Shown: positions 1 through 8,853 of the stretch, piece after piece
Numbering within the stretch: the stretch's first letter is position 1
How the letters are laid out: every line of letters begins with the position of its first letter
NCBI GenBank assembly: GCA_964413525.1
Contig: CAYPTI010000004.1
Span: 1-37,379 of the forward strand
Length of the DNA: 37,379 nt
DNA from: an uncultured bacterium
Lineage (GTDB): Bacteria; T1Sed10-126; CAYPTI01
Direction: 5' to 3'
Notes under the pieces: generated by a model
Told to the model about the DNA's origin: nothing
Database searches by the model: none
Seen by the model: the letters and a program-made list of their open reading frames with translations, nothing else
Position numbers and translations under genes: made by a program

Positions 1-217
1 GATCCACCGCCACCGCGACGTGGCGGTCGTGTACCCGGAGCCCGGCTGCGTCCAGACCCACCCCCGGCGGCACCCGGACGGAGTCGTCCAGCGGCAGATC
101 CGCCAGAAGGTCCTTCATTACCCCGGCATCAAGCTTCCCTTCGGGGAGTGCACCGTTCGACATCCCGATCACCTTCCACGGCGGGAATTCAGTCGTTGTG
201 GATCCCCCACTGATCAT
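1..217 (-). CDS. PurM-like (AIR synthase-related / HypE / ThiL superfamily) protein, N-terminal fragment; the gene runs off the left edge
   Basis: Open minus-strand frame with no stop up to position 1. It reads MISGGSTTTEFPPWKVIGMSNGALPEGKLDAGVMKDLLADLPLDDSVRVPPGVGLDAAGLRVHDRHVAVAVD. The pattern GKL..LL...V.PGVG.DAA...V.V.VD resembles N-termini of PurM-type ATP-binding proteins. Start is the ATG at 217 or the in-frame ATG at 163. Confidence 0.4.
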   Translation of the reverse strand, partial: MISGGSTTTEFPPWKVIGMSNGALPEGKLDAGVMKDLLADLPLDDSVRVPPGVGLDAAGLRVHDRHVAVAVD

Positions 218-296
218 AACGAAAAGCACAGGGTATCATGACGTAGTGTCATTCTTGATATCAACCCCATGAACAAACGGAGAGGAAGCTTCCCGG

Positions 297-1409
297 ATGA
301 ACGTTGACCGACGGGATGGAAACGGAAAAGTTTTTGCCCTGATCCTGGTCCTCCTGATGGCCGGTTTCGGACTGTACGCGGGATACGATGTTTACGATGA
401 ACTTCTGTTCGGGAATTCTCAGGTGCCGGAAGAATTTGCCGCGAGTACCTCCGTACCCTCGGAAAACCGTCCCGAACAGGAACCGGACACCAACCGGGTT
501 TCAATCGAGGAGGTCACTCGGGAGTCCCGGGCCCGGGCCACGGATGCCGGACGGGTCGTCACCCCACTTGAACGGAAGTCGGATGAACTGCTGGTCGCCT
601 TCCTCGACGTGGGACAGGGAGATGCCGTGTTCCTTCAATTTCCGGACGGGACCAACATCCTGCTCGACGTGGGGGAAGGAGATTACGAGCGACATGACGT
701 CCTGGTGAACGCGGCCGACAACATCATCCTCCCCTACCTGGAGGAGAACAACATCACCGAGCTCGATTACTTTGTCTCCAGTCACCCCCACAGCGACCAC
801 ATCGGAGCCGCTCACGACCTGATTCGGGAACTTTCCCCCGACCGCGCGATCCTGTCCGGCCGCAGTCACACGACCACGACCTACGAAATGATGATGGAGG
901 CACTGTTTGAGCAGCAAGTCCCGGTGAATTCACCGGTGGAAGCCGACGGAACCCTGAATACGGGGGACGAGCTATCGATCCCCGAGGTGGAATTCCGACT
1001 GATGCGGGCGGCTCCCGAGCACCGGAATCTTAACGAAGCCAGCCTGACCTTCCGGCTTCAGTACGGGGACGTTAGTTTTCTGTTCACCGGCGACACGGAG
1101 GACGAGGGGGAGGCGGAACTGGTTGAAGAATGGGGTTCCGACCTCGACTCGACCGTCCTGAAGGTCGGCCACCACGGAAGCCGAACGTCCAGCAATCCGG
1201 AATTTCTTCGAACGGTGTCTCCCCGGCAGGCGATTATCATGGTCGGCGGGTACAACACCTACGGCCACCCCCATCCGTCGGTCGTATCACGATTGGAGGA
1301 ACACGGAGCCACCGTTCACCGGACCGACGAACACGGGTCAATCATGATGGCGACCGACGGAGAGACCCTGCGATATTATCGTTCCTCGGAGCTTTCAGCC
1401 GTACGCTGA
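297..1409 (+). CDS. membrane-anchored metallo-beta-lactamase-fold hydrolase of the ComEC C-terminal type (stand-alone, catalytic motifs intact)
   Basis: 370-aa ORF with ATG at 297 behind GGAGAGGAAG. N-terminal hydrophobic helix (FALILVLLMAGFGLYAGY). Motifs present: FLDVGQGDA, SSHPHSDHIGA (HxHxDH), TGDTEDEGE, KVGHHGSRTS, YGHPHP. This is the only plus-strand gene in the window. Confidence 0.85.
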   Translation: MNVDRRDGNGKVFALILVLLMAGFGLYAGYDVYDELLFGNSQVPEEFAASTSVPSENRPEQEPDTNRVSIEEVTRESRARATDAGRVVTPLERKSDELLVAFLDVGQGDAVFLQFPDGTNILLDVGEGDYERHDVLVNAADNIILPYLEENNITELDYFVSSHPHSDHIGAAHDLIRELSPDRAILSGRSHTTTTYEMMMEALFEQQVPVNSPVEADGTLNTGDELSIPEVEFRLMRAAPEHRNLNEASLTFRLQYGDVSFLFTGDTEDEGEAELVEEWGSDLDSTVLKVGHHGSRTSSNPEFLRTVSPRQAIIMVGGYNTYGHPHPSVVSRLEEHGATVHRTDEHGSIMMATDGETLRYYRSSELSAVR

Positions 1410-1413
1410 CGAC

Positions 1414-2190
1414 TCAGATCCGGGTCAGGAAATCTGTGATCAATCCGACCACCCGCTCGCGCTGGTAATCCAGGTGCAGGATGTGTCCGGTGCGGGTCAG
1501 GGTGCGGACTTCATTTACCGGGTTGGGAGCCTTCCGGAGCCTCCGTCGGACAACCGGCGTGTTGACCACCGAATCCTCACGGGCGAGCAGCCCCAGGAGA
1601 GGCATCCTCAGCTGACGGGGATCGACCGATCCGCGGGCATCCCTCATCAGTCGCGTGATTTCCCGAACCGACTCCACGGGTATCCAGTCGTACAGCAACA
1701 ATTCGGCCGCTCTTCGTTCATCCATGAGGGTATTCAGGGACAGTCGGGGCACGTAATCGACCAGCCATCCCACGGTTTTAACCCACCATTCAACGGAAAG
1801 GACGTAATACCAGCGGTAGGCGTACTCCAGGGCCGGCGCGAGAAGGATCAGTCCGTCCAGAGGAGCTTTTTGTGCAAGGCGGTACGCAAGCAACCCGCCG
1901 AGCGAACTTCCCAGAACGGCTAATCGGCCCGAACCCGCGATCCGGTCGATTCGCTCCCGGACGGCCCGAAGCCACTCCCAGCGGCCGGCCTCCCGGAGAT
2001 CGGAGGGCCGGGTTCCGTGACCGGGCAATCGCATGACCTCGACGGTCCAGTTTGTTTTTCGATGAATGTTGTCCGCAAGGTAGCGGTAACTGGACGGGTT
2101 ATCCAGAAACCCGTGGACGACCAGCAGGGTACGGTCCCCGGATCCTTCAAGTCGGAATTCATCCGCCCTCGGATCCATCAACTCGCTCAC
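1414..2190 (-). CDS. alpha/beta-fold hydrolase (carboxylesterase / lysophospholipase-like)
   Basis: 258-aa ORF with a GTG start at 2190, 8 nt after GAGGTG. It has LLVVHGF, a GSSLGG nucleophile elbow (GxSxG) and a C-terminal GHILHLD histidine. Convergent with the MBL gene; the two stops are 4 nt apart. Confidence 0.8.
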   Translation of the reverse strand: MSELMDPRADEFRLEGSGDRTLLVVHGFLDNPSSYRYLADNIHRKTNWTVEVMRLPGHGTRPSDLREAGRWEWLRAVRERIDRIAGSGRLAVLGSSLGGLLAYRLAQKAPLDGLILLAPALEYAYRWYYVLSVEWWVKTVGWLVDYVPRLSLNTLMDERRAAELLLYDWIPVESVREITRLMRDARGSVDPRQLRMPLLGLLAREDSVVNTPVVRRRLRKAPNPVNEVRTLTRTGHILHLDYQRERVVGLITDFLTRI

Positions 2191-2654
2191 AAATTTTCCA
2201 CCTCACGGAAAGTCGGTTTCCATCGACCCGCATCCGCGGTGCAAAGAACCCATCTCATCCGGATCCTCGAATCAACAACCGTTGGTGAGGGTCAACCGCT
2301 CGCTCCCTCAATCAGCGGCCGGATGGTATCGAGACCGTCCCCCAACCCCTGCGGAGGTATGGGGCGTCGATTCCTCCAGCCTGGATGGTTTGCGAACCGT
2401 GGGATGATATGAAAACGGAGCTCATCGGAGTTTCGTCGGTGAACTGGCGGGGGTCGAAGCCAGTCCCGTGGCGGGTGAACGGCTGATCGACCAGGGGAGA
2501 CTGCCCTTACTTAAGTCTGCTCCGGGCCGTCATTATCCGGCTGCTGCACAATGAATCGAACCGGGTGGCCCCGGACCACGAATTCAATCCGGGAAACCTG
2601 ATCGGGAAGGTCCCGGCGGTTCAACCGGCGGACGAAGACGTTTATTTTGAGGAC

Positions 2655-3596
2655 TCAGGTGTCTTCCGGGTCAATGTCCTCGGGATCGATATCCCCCGGG
2701 TCAACGTCCGGATCGTCCTGCGGAAATTCCTCTCCTTCGGCAAATTCTTCTACTTCCTCCTCGGCCTGCTCCAGTTCCTCCTCGAGGTCGATCGAGTCCG
2801 GCATGTCCTCCGGATCCGGAAGATCCTCCGGAGAAAGGTCCTCAAGCTCTTCGGAGTTCACGATGCGGGAAAAGGTGTCGATCGGGATGGGGAAGGCAAT
2901 CGTCGTGGTGTCTTCGCTGGAAATGTCGACCAGGGTCTGAAGGTACCGAAGCTGGATCCCGGTCTCGGTCTGACCGATAACCTTGGCGGCCATGTTGATC
3001 TTTTCCGAGGCCTGGTGCTCCCCTTCGGCGGCGATGATCTTGGCCCGACGTTCCCGCTCGGCCTCGGCCTGACGGGCCATGGCACGCTGCATGGAATGGG
3101 GCAATTCGACGTTCTTGACTTCCACGGCGGTAACCTTCACACCCCAGGGATCGGTGTGGTCGTCGATAACTTCCTGCAGTTGCTGGTTGATCTTGTCCCG
3201 CTCGGCCAGCAGTTCGTCCAGTTCGGCCTGACCGATGATGCTCCGGAGGGTCGTCTGACCGATCTCGCTGGTCGCGAGGTAGTAGTTGTTCACCTGGATC
3301 ACGGAATCCTCGGGGTTGTCGACCCGGAAGTACACGACGGCGCTGACCTCGACCGGTACGTTGTCGATGGTCATGACGTCCTGGGCCGGCACGTCCATGG
3401 TGATAATCCGCATGTTGACCCGTTCCATCTGTTCAATGATGGGAACCACGTAGATAATTCCGGGTCCCCGGGTCCCGACGTATCGACCAAGCCGGAGAAT
3501 AACGGCCCGTTCGTACTCCTTGATGATCTTGATTCCGCTGATGGCAAAAATCACGAAGACCACGGCAACACCGAGAAGTATCTGTGTAACGGTCAT
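2655..3596 (-). CDS. SPFH / band-7 (stomatin-like) membrane protein with a long acidic C-terminal tail
   Basis: N-terminal TM helix (ILLGVAVVFVIFAI). SPFH core reads EYERAVILRLGRY...QTTLRSIIGQAELDELLAERDKINQQL...WGVKVTAVEVKNVELP...AEAERERRAKIIAAEGE. The track start (3602) is TTG. The ATG at 3596 has GAGGAG 8 nt upstream and is preferred. Confidence 0.9.
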   Translation of the reverse strand: MTVTQILLGVAVVFVIFAISGIKIIKEYERAVILRLGRYVGTRGPGIIYVVPIIEQMERVNMRIITMDVPAQDVMTIDNVPVEVSAVVYFRVDNPEDSVIQVNNYYLATSEIGQTTLRSIIGQAELDELLAERDKINQQLQEVIDDHTDPWGVKVTAVEVKNVELPHSMQRAMARQAEAERERRAKIIAAEGEHQASEKINMAAKVIGQTETGIQLRYLQTLVDISSEDTTTIAFPIPIDTFSRIVNSEELEDLSPEDLPDPEDMPDSIDLEEELEQAEEEVEEFAEGEEFPQDDPDVDPGDIDPEDIDPEDT

Positions 3597-3623
3597 GGAC
3601 AAGGCTCCTCAGGTTCAGGTTTG

Positions 3624-3653
3624 ATTTTTAATAATGAATTGAAAGCTTAACAA
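3624..3653 (-). promoter_or_regulatory. candidate internal promoter for the SPFH gene
   Basis: AT-rich 113-nt spacer between nfeD and the SPFH gene. On the minus strand: TTGTTA, then 17-18 nt, then TAAAAAT, about 30 nt before GAGGAG and the ATG. By eye only. Confidence 0.2.
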
Positions 3654-3715
3654 ATCCTGAATCAAACGACCAATTCCGTTCTTTTTTTATCCCCGGAGCG
3701 GTACCCGGGTTCGGT

Positions 3716-5143
3716 TCAAGAATCCTCGGTCGTTTGGTCCGGCTCCGGTTTGTCCTCCTCCACCGTCAGCGAGCGTTCGTGTTTTTCCACCACCCGGATG
3801 GGTGTATCCCGACGCAGTTCCCGACCGTCGGCGCTCTCGGCCTTCCAGTACTCCCCCCAGACGTAAACCATGCCCTCCGGATTCAGATCCTCCTTGACCT
3901 TGCCCGTTCGGCCGACGAGGTAATCGTCCCCGATCCGAACCTCGTCGACGAAGGTGCGTTTCACCAGCCACATCATGATAAAGACGAACGTGACCATCGC
4001 GGCGGTGATCCCGATCATCAGCCCCAGCGGGACGGCAAAGGCCTCGGTCTCGAACAGCATGACGCCCCCGAGCAGAAAGGAGATCGCACCTCCGATCGTG
4101 AGGACCCCGAAGGTCGGTACGAAGATGTCCAGGACCATGAGGATCAGGCCGAGGAAAATCAGGGCCAATCCGGCGTAATTGATCGGCATCATGCCCAGCC
4201 CGAAGAAGCCGAGCAGCAGAAAAATCCCGCCCAGCACCGCACCGATCCCCACGCCGGGGTTGGTAATTTCGTAAATAAGGGCCATAAATCCCAGGGAGAA
4301 CAGAATCATCAGAAGCTGTGGATCGGTCAGGGTCTTTAGAAAGTCTTCCTGCCAGGTCCAGCCCAGGGTCCGAACGTCCGAGGTCTCCACGAACCGGACC
4401 GATTCTCCCGAGGCCAGTTCAACCTCCCGGTCGACGAGCTGCTCGGTGAGGTCGGTTACACTGTCGGCCCGGATCTCGATGATCCCTTCCTCAAGCGCTT
4501 CTTCCTCTCCGACGGAAATCCCCTCCCGGACGAACTGCTCCGCCAGGTCCTGGTTCCGGTCCTGCTGGGCCGCGAGACGGCGAATTTTGGTGGCCGACCA
4601 TTCCATGACCTTCTTCATCCGATCGTCCTGGGACTCCTGTTCAAGCGTTTCCTGTTCTTCTTCGTCCTCCACCTGATCCGGAGTGGGAGGCTGTCCGCCC
4701 ATCTGGACCGGCGTGGCCGAACCGATGGTGCTGGCGGATGCCATGGAGGCAACGTGAGAGGACAGAAGGATGAAGGCGCCGGCCGAGGTGGCGTCCCCTC
4801 CCCGCGGTACCCAGACGATAACCGGTACGTCGGCCCGGAGAATTCGGTTGGTCATTTCGTTCATGGAATCCATCAACCCACCGGGGGTGTCCATCTCAAT
4901 GATGATCCCCTGGGCCCGATCGGTTTCCGCCTGTTCGATGACGCGGTCCAGGTAACCCGCGGTGACGGGATTAATCGGACCTTCGATCACGCCGTGGTAA
5001 TAAAACGGTTCCCGTTCGGCCGTCTCGTGTTCGGACGACATACCCGGGAAGCCGAATACGCCGAGCAACAGCGCCCCGGTCAACAACAGAATCAATCCGG
5101 TGACCCAGGCCGTTCCCAGCCGGTCCGGCAACAAACTATTCAT
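3716..5143 (-). CDS. nfeD: NfeD-family membrane-bound ClpP-class serine protease (long form, with C-terminal OB domain)
   Basis: 475 aa. S49/ClpP-like region: GPINPVTAGYLDRVIEQAE...IIIEMDTPGGLMDSM...SAGAFILLSSHVASMA. A multi-TM block follows. C-terminal NfeD OB segment: GRTGKVKEDLNPEGMVYVWGEYWKAES. It precedes an SPFH gene, the classic nfeD-stomatin pairing. Its ATG overlaps the trpA stop (ATGA). Confidence 0.85.
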   Translation of the reverse strand: MNSLLPDRLGTAWVTGLILLLTGALLLGVFGFPGMSSEHETAEREPFYYHGVIEGPINPVTAGYLDRVIEQAETDRAQGIIIEMDTPGGLMDSMNEMTNRILRADVPVIVWVPRGGDATSAGAFILLSSHVASMASASTIGSATPVQMGGQPPTPDQVEDEEEQETLEQESQDDRMKKVMEWSATKIRRLAAQQDRNQDLAEQFVREGISVGEEEALEEGIIEIRADSVTDLTEQLVDREVELASGESVRFVETSDVRTLGWTWQEDFLKTLTDPQLLMILFSLGFMALIYEITNPGVGIGAVLGGIFLLLGFFGLGMMPINYAGLALIFLGLILMVLDIFVPTFGVLTIGGAISFLLGGVMLFETEAFAVPLGLMIGITAAMVTFVFIMMWLVKRTFVDEVRIGDDYLVGRTGKVKEDLNPEGMVYVWGEYWKAESADGRELRRDTPIRVVEKHERSLTVEEDKPEPDQTTEDS

Positions 5144-5958
5144 GAATGGACACCTTTCCGTCCGTGCAGGGGATCGGCCAGTTCCCGGACCTTTGATTCA
5201 AGTCCGCTGAGAAGTCGGTCCGATGCACCGCCGTGTCGTTCAATAACGTCGGCAAGCGCGCTCCCGACGATGACGCCGTCCACCGGCCCGAGGAGATCAC
5301 CGAGGTCGGACGTATCGGACACCCCGAATCCCATCGCCACCGGGAGGTCACTCGCTCCGGCTACGTCCCTCAGACGCTCCCGCAGGCGGTCGGAAAATCC
5401 TTCTCGGGCTCCGGTCACCCCGGTGACGTTGACGTAGTACAAAAACCCCGTGGCCTTCCGGCTCAGGTCACGAACCCGGTCGAGCGGCGTGGTCGGGGTG
5501 GCCAGCAGCACGGTGGCGAGATCATGGTGCCCGGCCCGATCGAAGAATTCCGGCGATTCCTCCGGCGGAAGGTCCACCGCGAGAATCCCGTCCGCTCCGG
5601 CGTCCCGGGCCCGGGAGAGAAATCGATCGTCCCCCCATCGAAAGACGGGGTTGTAGTACGTCATCACGACGACGGGGATCTCAACGTCCGGACGAACCCG
5701 CTCCAGCATCGAAAAATAGTCCTCAATGGAAAATCCGTTTTCCAGGCTTCGCGTGGACGCCCGTTGCAGGGTTGGACCATCGGCCAGGGGATCGCTGAAG
5801 GGAATGCCCAGTTCAACGGCATCGGCTCCCCAGGACTCCAGGTTCCGGAGGATCCGTTCGGTGGTTTCAAGGTCCGGATCGCCCGCACAGAGATAGGGCA
5901 TGAACAGCCGACCCTCGTCCTGCGTCCTTCGACGAAATTGTCCCCTGACCCGGTTCAC
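5140..5958 (-). CDS. trpA: tryptophan synthase alpha chain
   Basis: 272 aa. Motifs: LFMPYLCAGDPDLETT, ADAVELGIPFSDPLADGPTLQ, GFLYYVNVTGVTGA, PVAMGFGVS. GTG start overlaps the trpB stop (GTGA). Confidence 0.93.
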   Translation of the reverse strand: MNRVRGQFRRRTQDEGRLFMPYLCAGDPDLETTERILRNLESWGADAVELGIPFSDPLADGPTLQRASTRSLENGFSIEDYFSMLERVRPDVEIPVVVMTYYNPVFRWGDDRFLSRARDAGADGILAVDLPPEESPEFFDRAGHHDLATVLLATPTTPLDRVRDLSRKATGFLYYVNVTGVTGAREGFSDRLRERLRDVAGASDLPVAMGFGVSDTSDLGDLLGPVDGVIVGSALADVIERHGGASDRLLSGLESKVRELADPLHGRKGVHS

Positions 5959-7154
5959 AGGGCTGCCTCCGGTTCCCAGTCCTCGTACTCGGCGACGCTT
6001 CGGACATCCTTGTCGCCTCGGCCGCAGAGGTTCAGGATCACGCTGTCTTTGTCCTCGAGAATGTCGGGATGACGGGAAAGGTATCCGATGGCGTGGGACG
6101 GTTCGAGGGCCGGGATGATCCCTTCCAGCTCCGACATCACCTTGAATCCGTGGATTGCTTCGTCGTCGGTGGCCGCCACCACCTGGAGCCTGCCTTCGTC
6201 CTTCAAATGAGCCAGCTGGGGACCCACCCCGGGATAGTCCAACCCTGCCGAGACGCTGTGAGGGATTTGAACCTGACCGTCCTCGTCACTCATCAGGTAG
6301 CTTTTGCTCCCGTGCAGCACTCCCGGGTCCCCCTCCACCAGCGGGGCGGCGTGCTCATCGGTGTCGACTCCCTTCCCGGCCGCTTCCACACCAATCAGGG
6401 GCACGTCCTCATCCAGAAATTCACTGAACAACCCCATCGCGTTGGAGCCTCCTCCGACGCAGGCGATCAGAGCGTCGGGGAGTCCGCCCACCCGGTCGTC
6501 GTACTGCTGCCGGGCTTCCTTGCCGATCACGGACTGGAAGTCTCGAACCATGTCGGGATACGGGGACGGACCGACCACCGATCCGATGATGTAGTGGGTG
6601 TCGTCCACGTTGGTCACCCAGTCACGGATGGCTTCGTTGGTGGCGTCCTTCAGGGTGCCGTTCCCGGAGCTGACCCCGCGAACCTCGGCTCCCAGAAGTT
6701 CCATCCGGTACACGTTCAGGGATTGTCGCTCAAGATCTTCCTCCCCCATGTAGACCACACAGTCCTTGTCGAAGTGAGCGCAGACCGTGGCCGTGGCGAC
6801 CCCGTGCTGGCCGGCCCCGGTCTCGGCAATGATCCGCTGCTTATCCATCCGCTCGGCCAGCAGGATCTGACCGAGTGTGTTGTTGAGCTTGTGAGCCCCC
6901 GTGTGGTTGAGTTCATCCCGTTTCAGGTAGACTTCGGTTCCAACGTGCTCGGAAAACCGGTCCGCCCGGGTCAACGGAGTCGGCCGGCCCCCGAACTCCC
7001 GGTAATACTCGTCCAGCCGATCGCGGAATTCCTCATCCTCCCAGGCGGACTCGTAGGCTTTCGTCAGCTCGTCAAGGGCCCGGATCAGGGTTTCGGGAAC
7101 GTACCGTCCTCCGTAGGGACCAAACCGGCTGCTGTTGACGGTGGATTCGTTCAT
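5955..7154 (-). CDS. trpB: tryptophan synthase beta chain
   Basis: 399 aa. Motifs: FGPYGGRYVPETL, LKRDELNHTGAHKLNN (PLP lysine), ETGAGQHGVATA, GGGSNAMG. ATG overlaps the trpF TAA by 1 nt. Confidence 0.97.
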   Translation of the reverse strand: MNESTVNSSRFGPYGGRYVPETLIRALDELTKAYESAWEDEEFRDRLDEYYREFGGRPTPLTRADRFSEHVGTEVYLKRDELNHTGAHKLNNTLGQILLAERMDKQRIIAETGAGQHGVATATVCAHFDKDCVVYMGEEDLERQSLNVYRMELLGAEVRGVSSGNGTLKDATNEAIRDWVTNVDDTHYIIGSVVGPSPYPDMVRDFQSVIGKEARQQYDDRVGGLPDALIACVGGGSNAMGLFSEFLDEDVPLIGVEAAGKGVDTDEHAAPLVEGDPGVLHGSKSYLMSDEDGQVQIPHSVSAGLDYPGVGPQLAHLKDEGRLQVVAATDDEAIHGFKVMSELEGIIPALEPSHAIGYLSRHPDILEDKDSVILNLCGRGDKDVRSVAEYEDWEPEAAL

Positions 7155-7822
7155 TAGAAGTTCACCCGATTTCCCGTGGAGACCGTGCTCCGGACTTCGT
7201 CAACAAACGATCGTACCCGGACCAGATCCTTGGTCCCGTCCGCGGACTCCACCCCGCTGGCCACGTCCACGCCCCAGGGACGAAGGCTCTCTACGGCCCC
7301 CCGAACGTTGTCGGGGGTTAGCCCTCCGGCCAGGATCCAGCGTTCGGGCAGGGTCATCCGACGAAGCCGCTCCCAGGGGGCCCGTTCCCCGGTGCCGCCC
7401 ACCTTATCGGGATCGTAATGGTCAAACAGATGGGCCCGGCAGGAATACGATTCCCAGTCCGCCTCCCCGGTTTCGGGGAGATGAATCGCCTTGATCACCG
7501 GGCGGAGTTCGGAGGCCTTCTCCACGAACTGAGGAGATTCGTTCCCGTGCAGCTGAAGGAAGTCAAAATCGACCGTTTCCAGCTCGTTCGATATGGTTTC
7601 GAGGGATTCGTCGACGTACAGGCCGACCACGGCCAGGGACGAATTCTCCGCCCGAACCGCCTCGGCCAGCTCCCGGGCCTGTTCAAGGGTCACGTACCGA
7701 TGAGTGTCCGGATACCGGTTAAGCCCGACCGCATTTATGTTCAGGTTCGCGATGGACCGGGCGGTCCCGGGATCCCTCAATCCACAAATTTTAATCCACG
7801 GTTCACCGGCTTGAGGACTCAT
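7154..7822 (-). CDS. trpF: N-(5'-phosphoribosyl)anthranilate isomerase
   Basis: About 222 aa. Motifs: WIKICGL, LQLHGNES, ILAGGLTPDNV, GVDVASGVE. The ATG at 7822 overlaps the trpD TGA (TGATG); the TTG at 7825 is an alternative. Size matches TrpF alone, with no TrpC domain. Confidence 0.9.
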   Translation of the reverse strand: MSPQAGEPWIKICGLRDPGTARSIANLNINAVGLNRYPDTHRYVTLEQARELAEAVRAENSSLAVVGLYVDESLETISNELETVDFDFLQLHGNESPQFVEKASELRPVIKAIHLPETGEADWESYSCRAHLFDHYDPDKVGGTGERAPWERLRRMTLPERWILAGGLTPDNVRGAVESLRPWGVDVASGVESADGTKDLVRVRSFVDEVRSTVSTGNRVNF

Positions 7823-8853
7823 CAACCCAGGGCTCCCGACCGCTCGGCAAGGGTTTCCAGGGTCGTTCGAGCCGCCCCGGAGTGGATGGCCTCCCGGGCC
7901 TGATCGGCTCCTTCTTCCAGGCTGTCAGCTTCCCCGGCAACGTACAGAACCGCGCCGGCGTTGGCCGACACGATGGTCTCCACCGCCGGAGCCGGTTCCC
8001 CGTCCAGGAGCTCCCGGGCGACCGATTCGTTATGTTCCGGATTCCCGCCCCGGATGTCGGCCAGATCGATGGACGAAAGGCCGAAGTCGTCCGGGGTGAG
8101 GGTGCCGGTGGAGAGGGAATCCCCGTCGATTTCGGCGACATGAGTGGGAGCGCTCATGGAGATTTCGTCCATCCCGTCGGTTCCGTGAACCACGAGGGCC
8201 CGTTCCACGTCCAGTTCCCGGAGGGCCGCCGCCAGCGGTTCCACCCATTCTTCCGAAAAGACCCCCAGAACCTGCCGGTCCGCATCCGCCGGGTTGGTCA
8301 ACGGTCCCAGAAGATTAAAGATCGTCCGGACACCGAGGGACTTGCGGGGGCCGATGGCGTGCTTCATGGCCCCGTGATAGGCCGGGGCGAACATGAACCC
8401 CATGCCGGAGGCCCGTATGCAGGCTTCGACGGCATCCGGACCCAGTTCGAGTTTGACCCCGAGAATCTCCAGCAGATCGGCCGAGCCGCAGCGGCTGGAC
8501 ACCGAGCGGTTCCCGTGCTTCGCCACCCGGGCACCGGCCCCGGCGGCCGTGATCGCGGCCAGAGTGGAGACGTTGATGGTTTCCGCTTCGTCCCCGCCGG
8601 TCCCGCAGGTATCCACCAGAGGCCGCAGGGAATCGTCCGGTTTGAGCCGGGTGGCGTGTTTTCGCATGCTGCTGGCGAACCCCGCGATCTCGGTTGACGT
8701 TTCCCGACGGGTCCGCAGGGCAGCCAGAAGCCCCCCGATCTGAGCGGAATCAAGATCTCCGTCCATGATCAGGTCCATCACCGATTGGGACCGCTCAAAG
8801 GAGAGCTTCTCGCCCTCCATGATCGCCTCCAGGACCGTCCGAAAGTTCGTCAT
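7822..8853 (-). CDS. trpD: anthranilate phosphoribosyltransferase
   Basis: Motifs: DTCGTGGD, NVSTLAAITAAGAGARVAKHGNRSVSS, GFMFAPAYHGAMKH, RTIFNLLGPLTNPA. The ATG at 8853 (MTNFRTVLEAI...) forms an ATGA overlap with the trpG stop. The longer track ORF (to 8886) would overlap trpG by 37 nt. Confidence 0.92.
   Translation of the reverse strand: MTNFRTVLEAIMEGEKLSFERSQSVMDLIMDGDLDSAQIGGLLAALRTRRETSTEIAGFASSMRKHATRLKPDDSLRPLVDTCGTGGDEAETINVSTLAAITAAGAGARVAKHGNRSVSSRCGSADLLEILGVKLELGPDAVEACIRASGMGFMFAPAYHGAMKHAIGPRKSLGVRTIFNLLGPLTNPADADRQVLGVFSEEWVEPLAAALRELDVERALVVHGTDGMDEISMSAPTHVAEIDGDSLSTGTLTPDDFGLSSIDLADIRGGNPEHNESVARELLDGEPAPAVETIVSANAGAVLYVAGEADSLEEGADQAREAIHSGAARTTLETLAERSGALG

Noticed and set aside
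238-252. Inverted repeat ATGAC-GTAGT-GTCAT (extendable imperfectly to TATCA...TGATA) in the divergent spacer between the PurM-like gene and the MBL gene, as an operator.
   Set aside because: It is short (5-bp arms) with no second copy in the window, so it is easily a chance occurrence in the only AT-richer patch of the spacer. Noted but not claimed.
2191-2654. Possible tmRNA, RNase P RNA, SRP RNA or tRNA in the long non-coding stretch. The same question applies to the other spacers: 9459-9659, 20342-20710, 26046-26457, 30076-30304 and 36841-37155.
   Set aside because: I looked on both strands for hallmark strings: GAGGAAAGTCCGGGC for RNase P, GGAAGCAGCC for the SRP domain IV region, and GGTTCGA(A/T)TCC T-arms with complementary flanks. 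A GGCTTCGACCCCC string resembles a tmRNA 5' end, but no matching tRNA-like 3' end or tag ORF follows. No hallmark string was found.
2565-3650. A 361-aa plus-strand ORF, and similar long plus-strand ORFs at 6069-7157, 8928-9983, 24330-25493, 28534-29565, 34282-35592 and 35647-36639.
   Set aside because: Each lies antisense to a minus-strand gene with clear family motifs. Their translations are low-complexity (G/R/P/V-rich), basic and motif-free. This is typical of spurious antisense ORFs in GC-rich DNA.
3687-3715. Hairpin CCCGG-N8-CCGGG next to a T7 run, just after the nfeD stop, as an intrinsic terminator.
   Set aside because: On the gene (minus) strand the stem is followed by an A-run, not a U-run. 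On the plus strand the T-run precedes the stem. Neither orientation is a canonical terminator.
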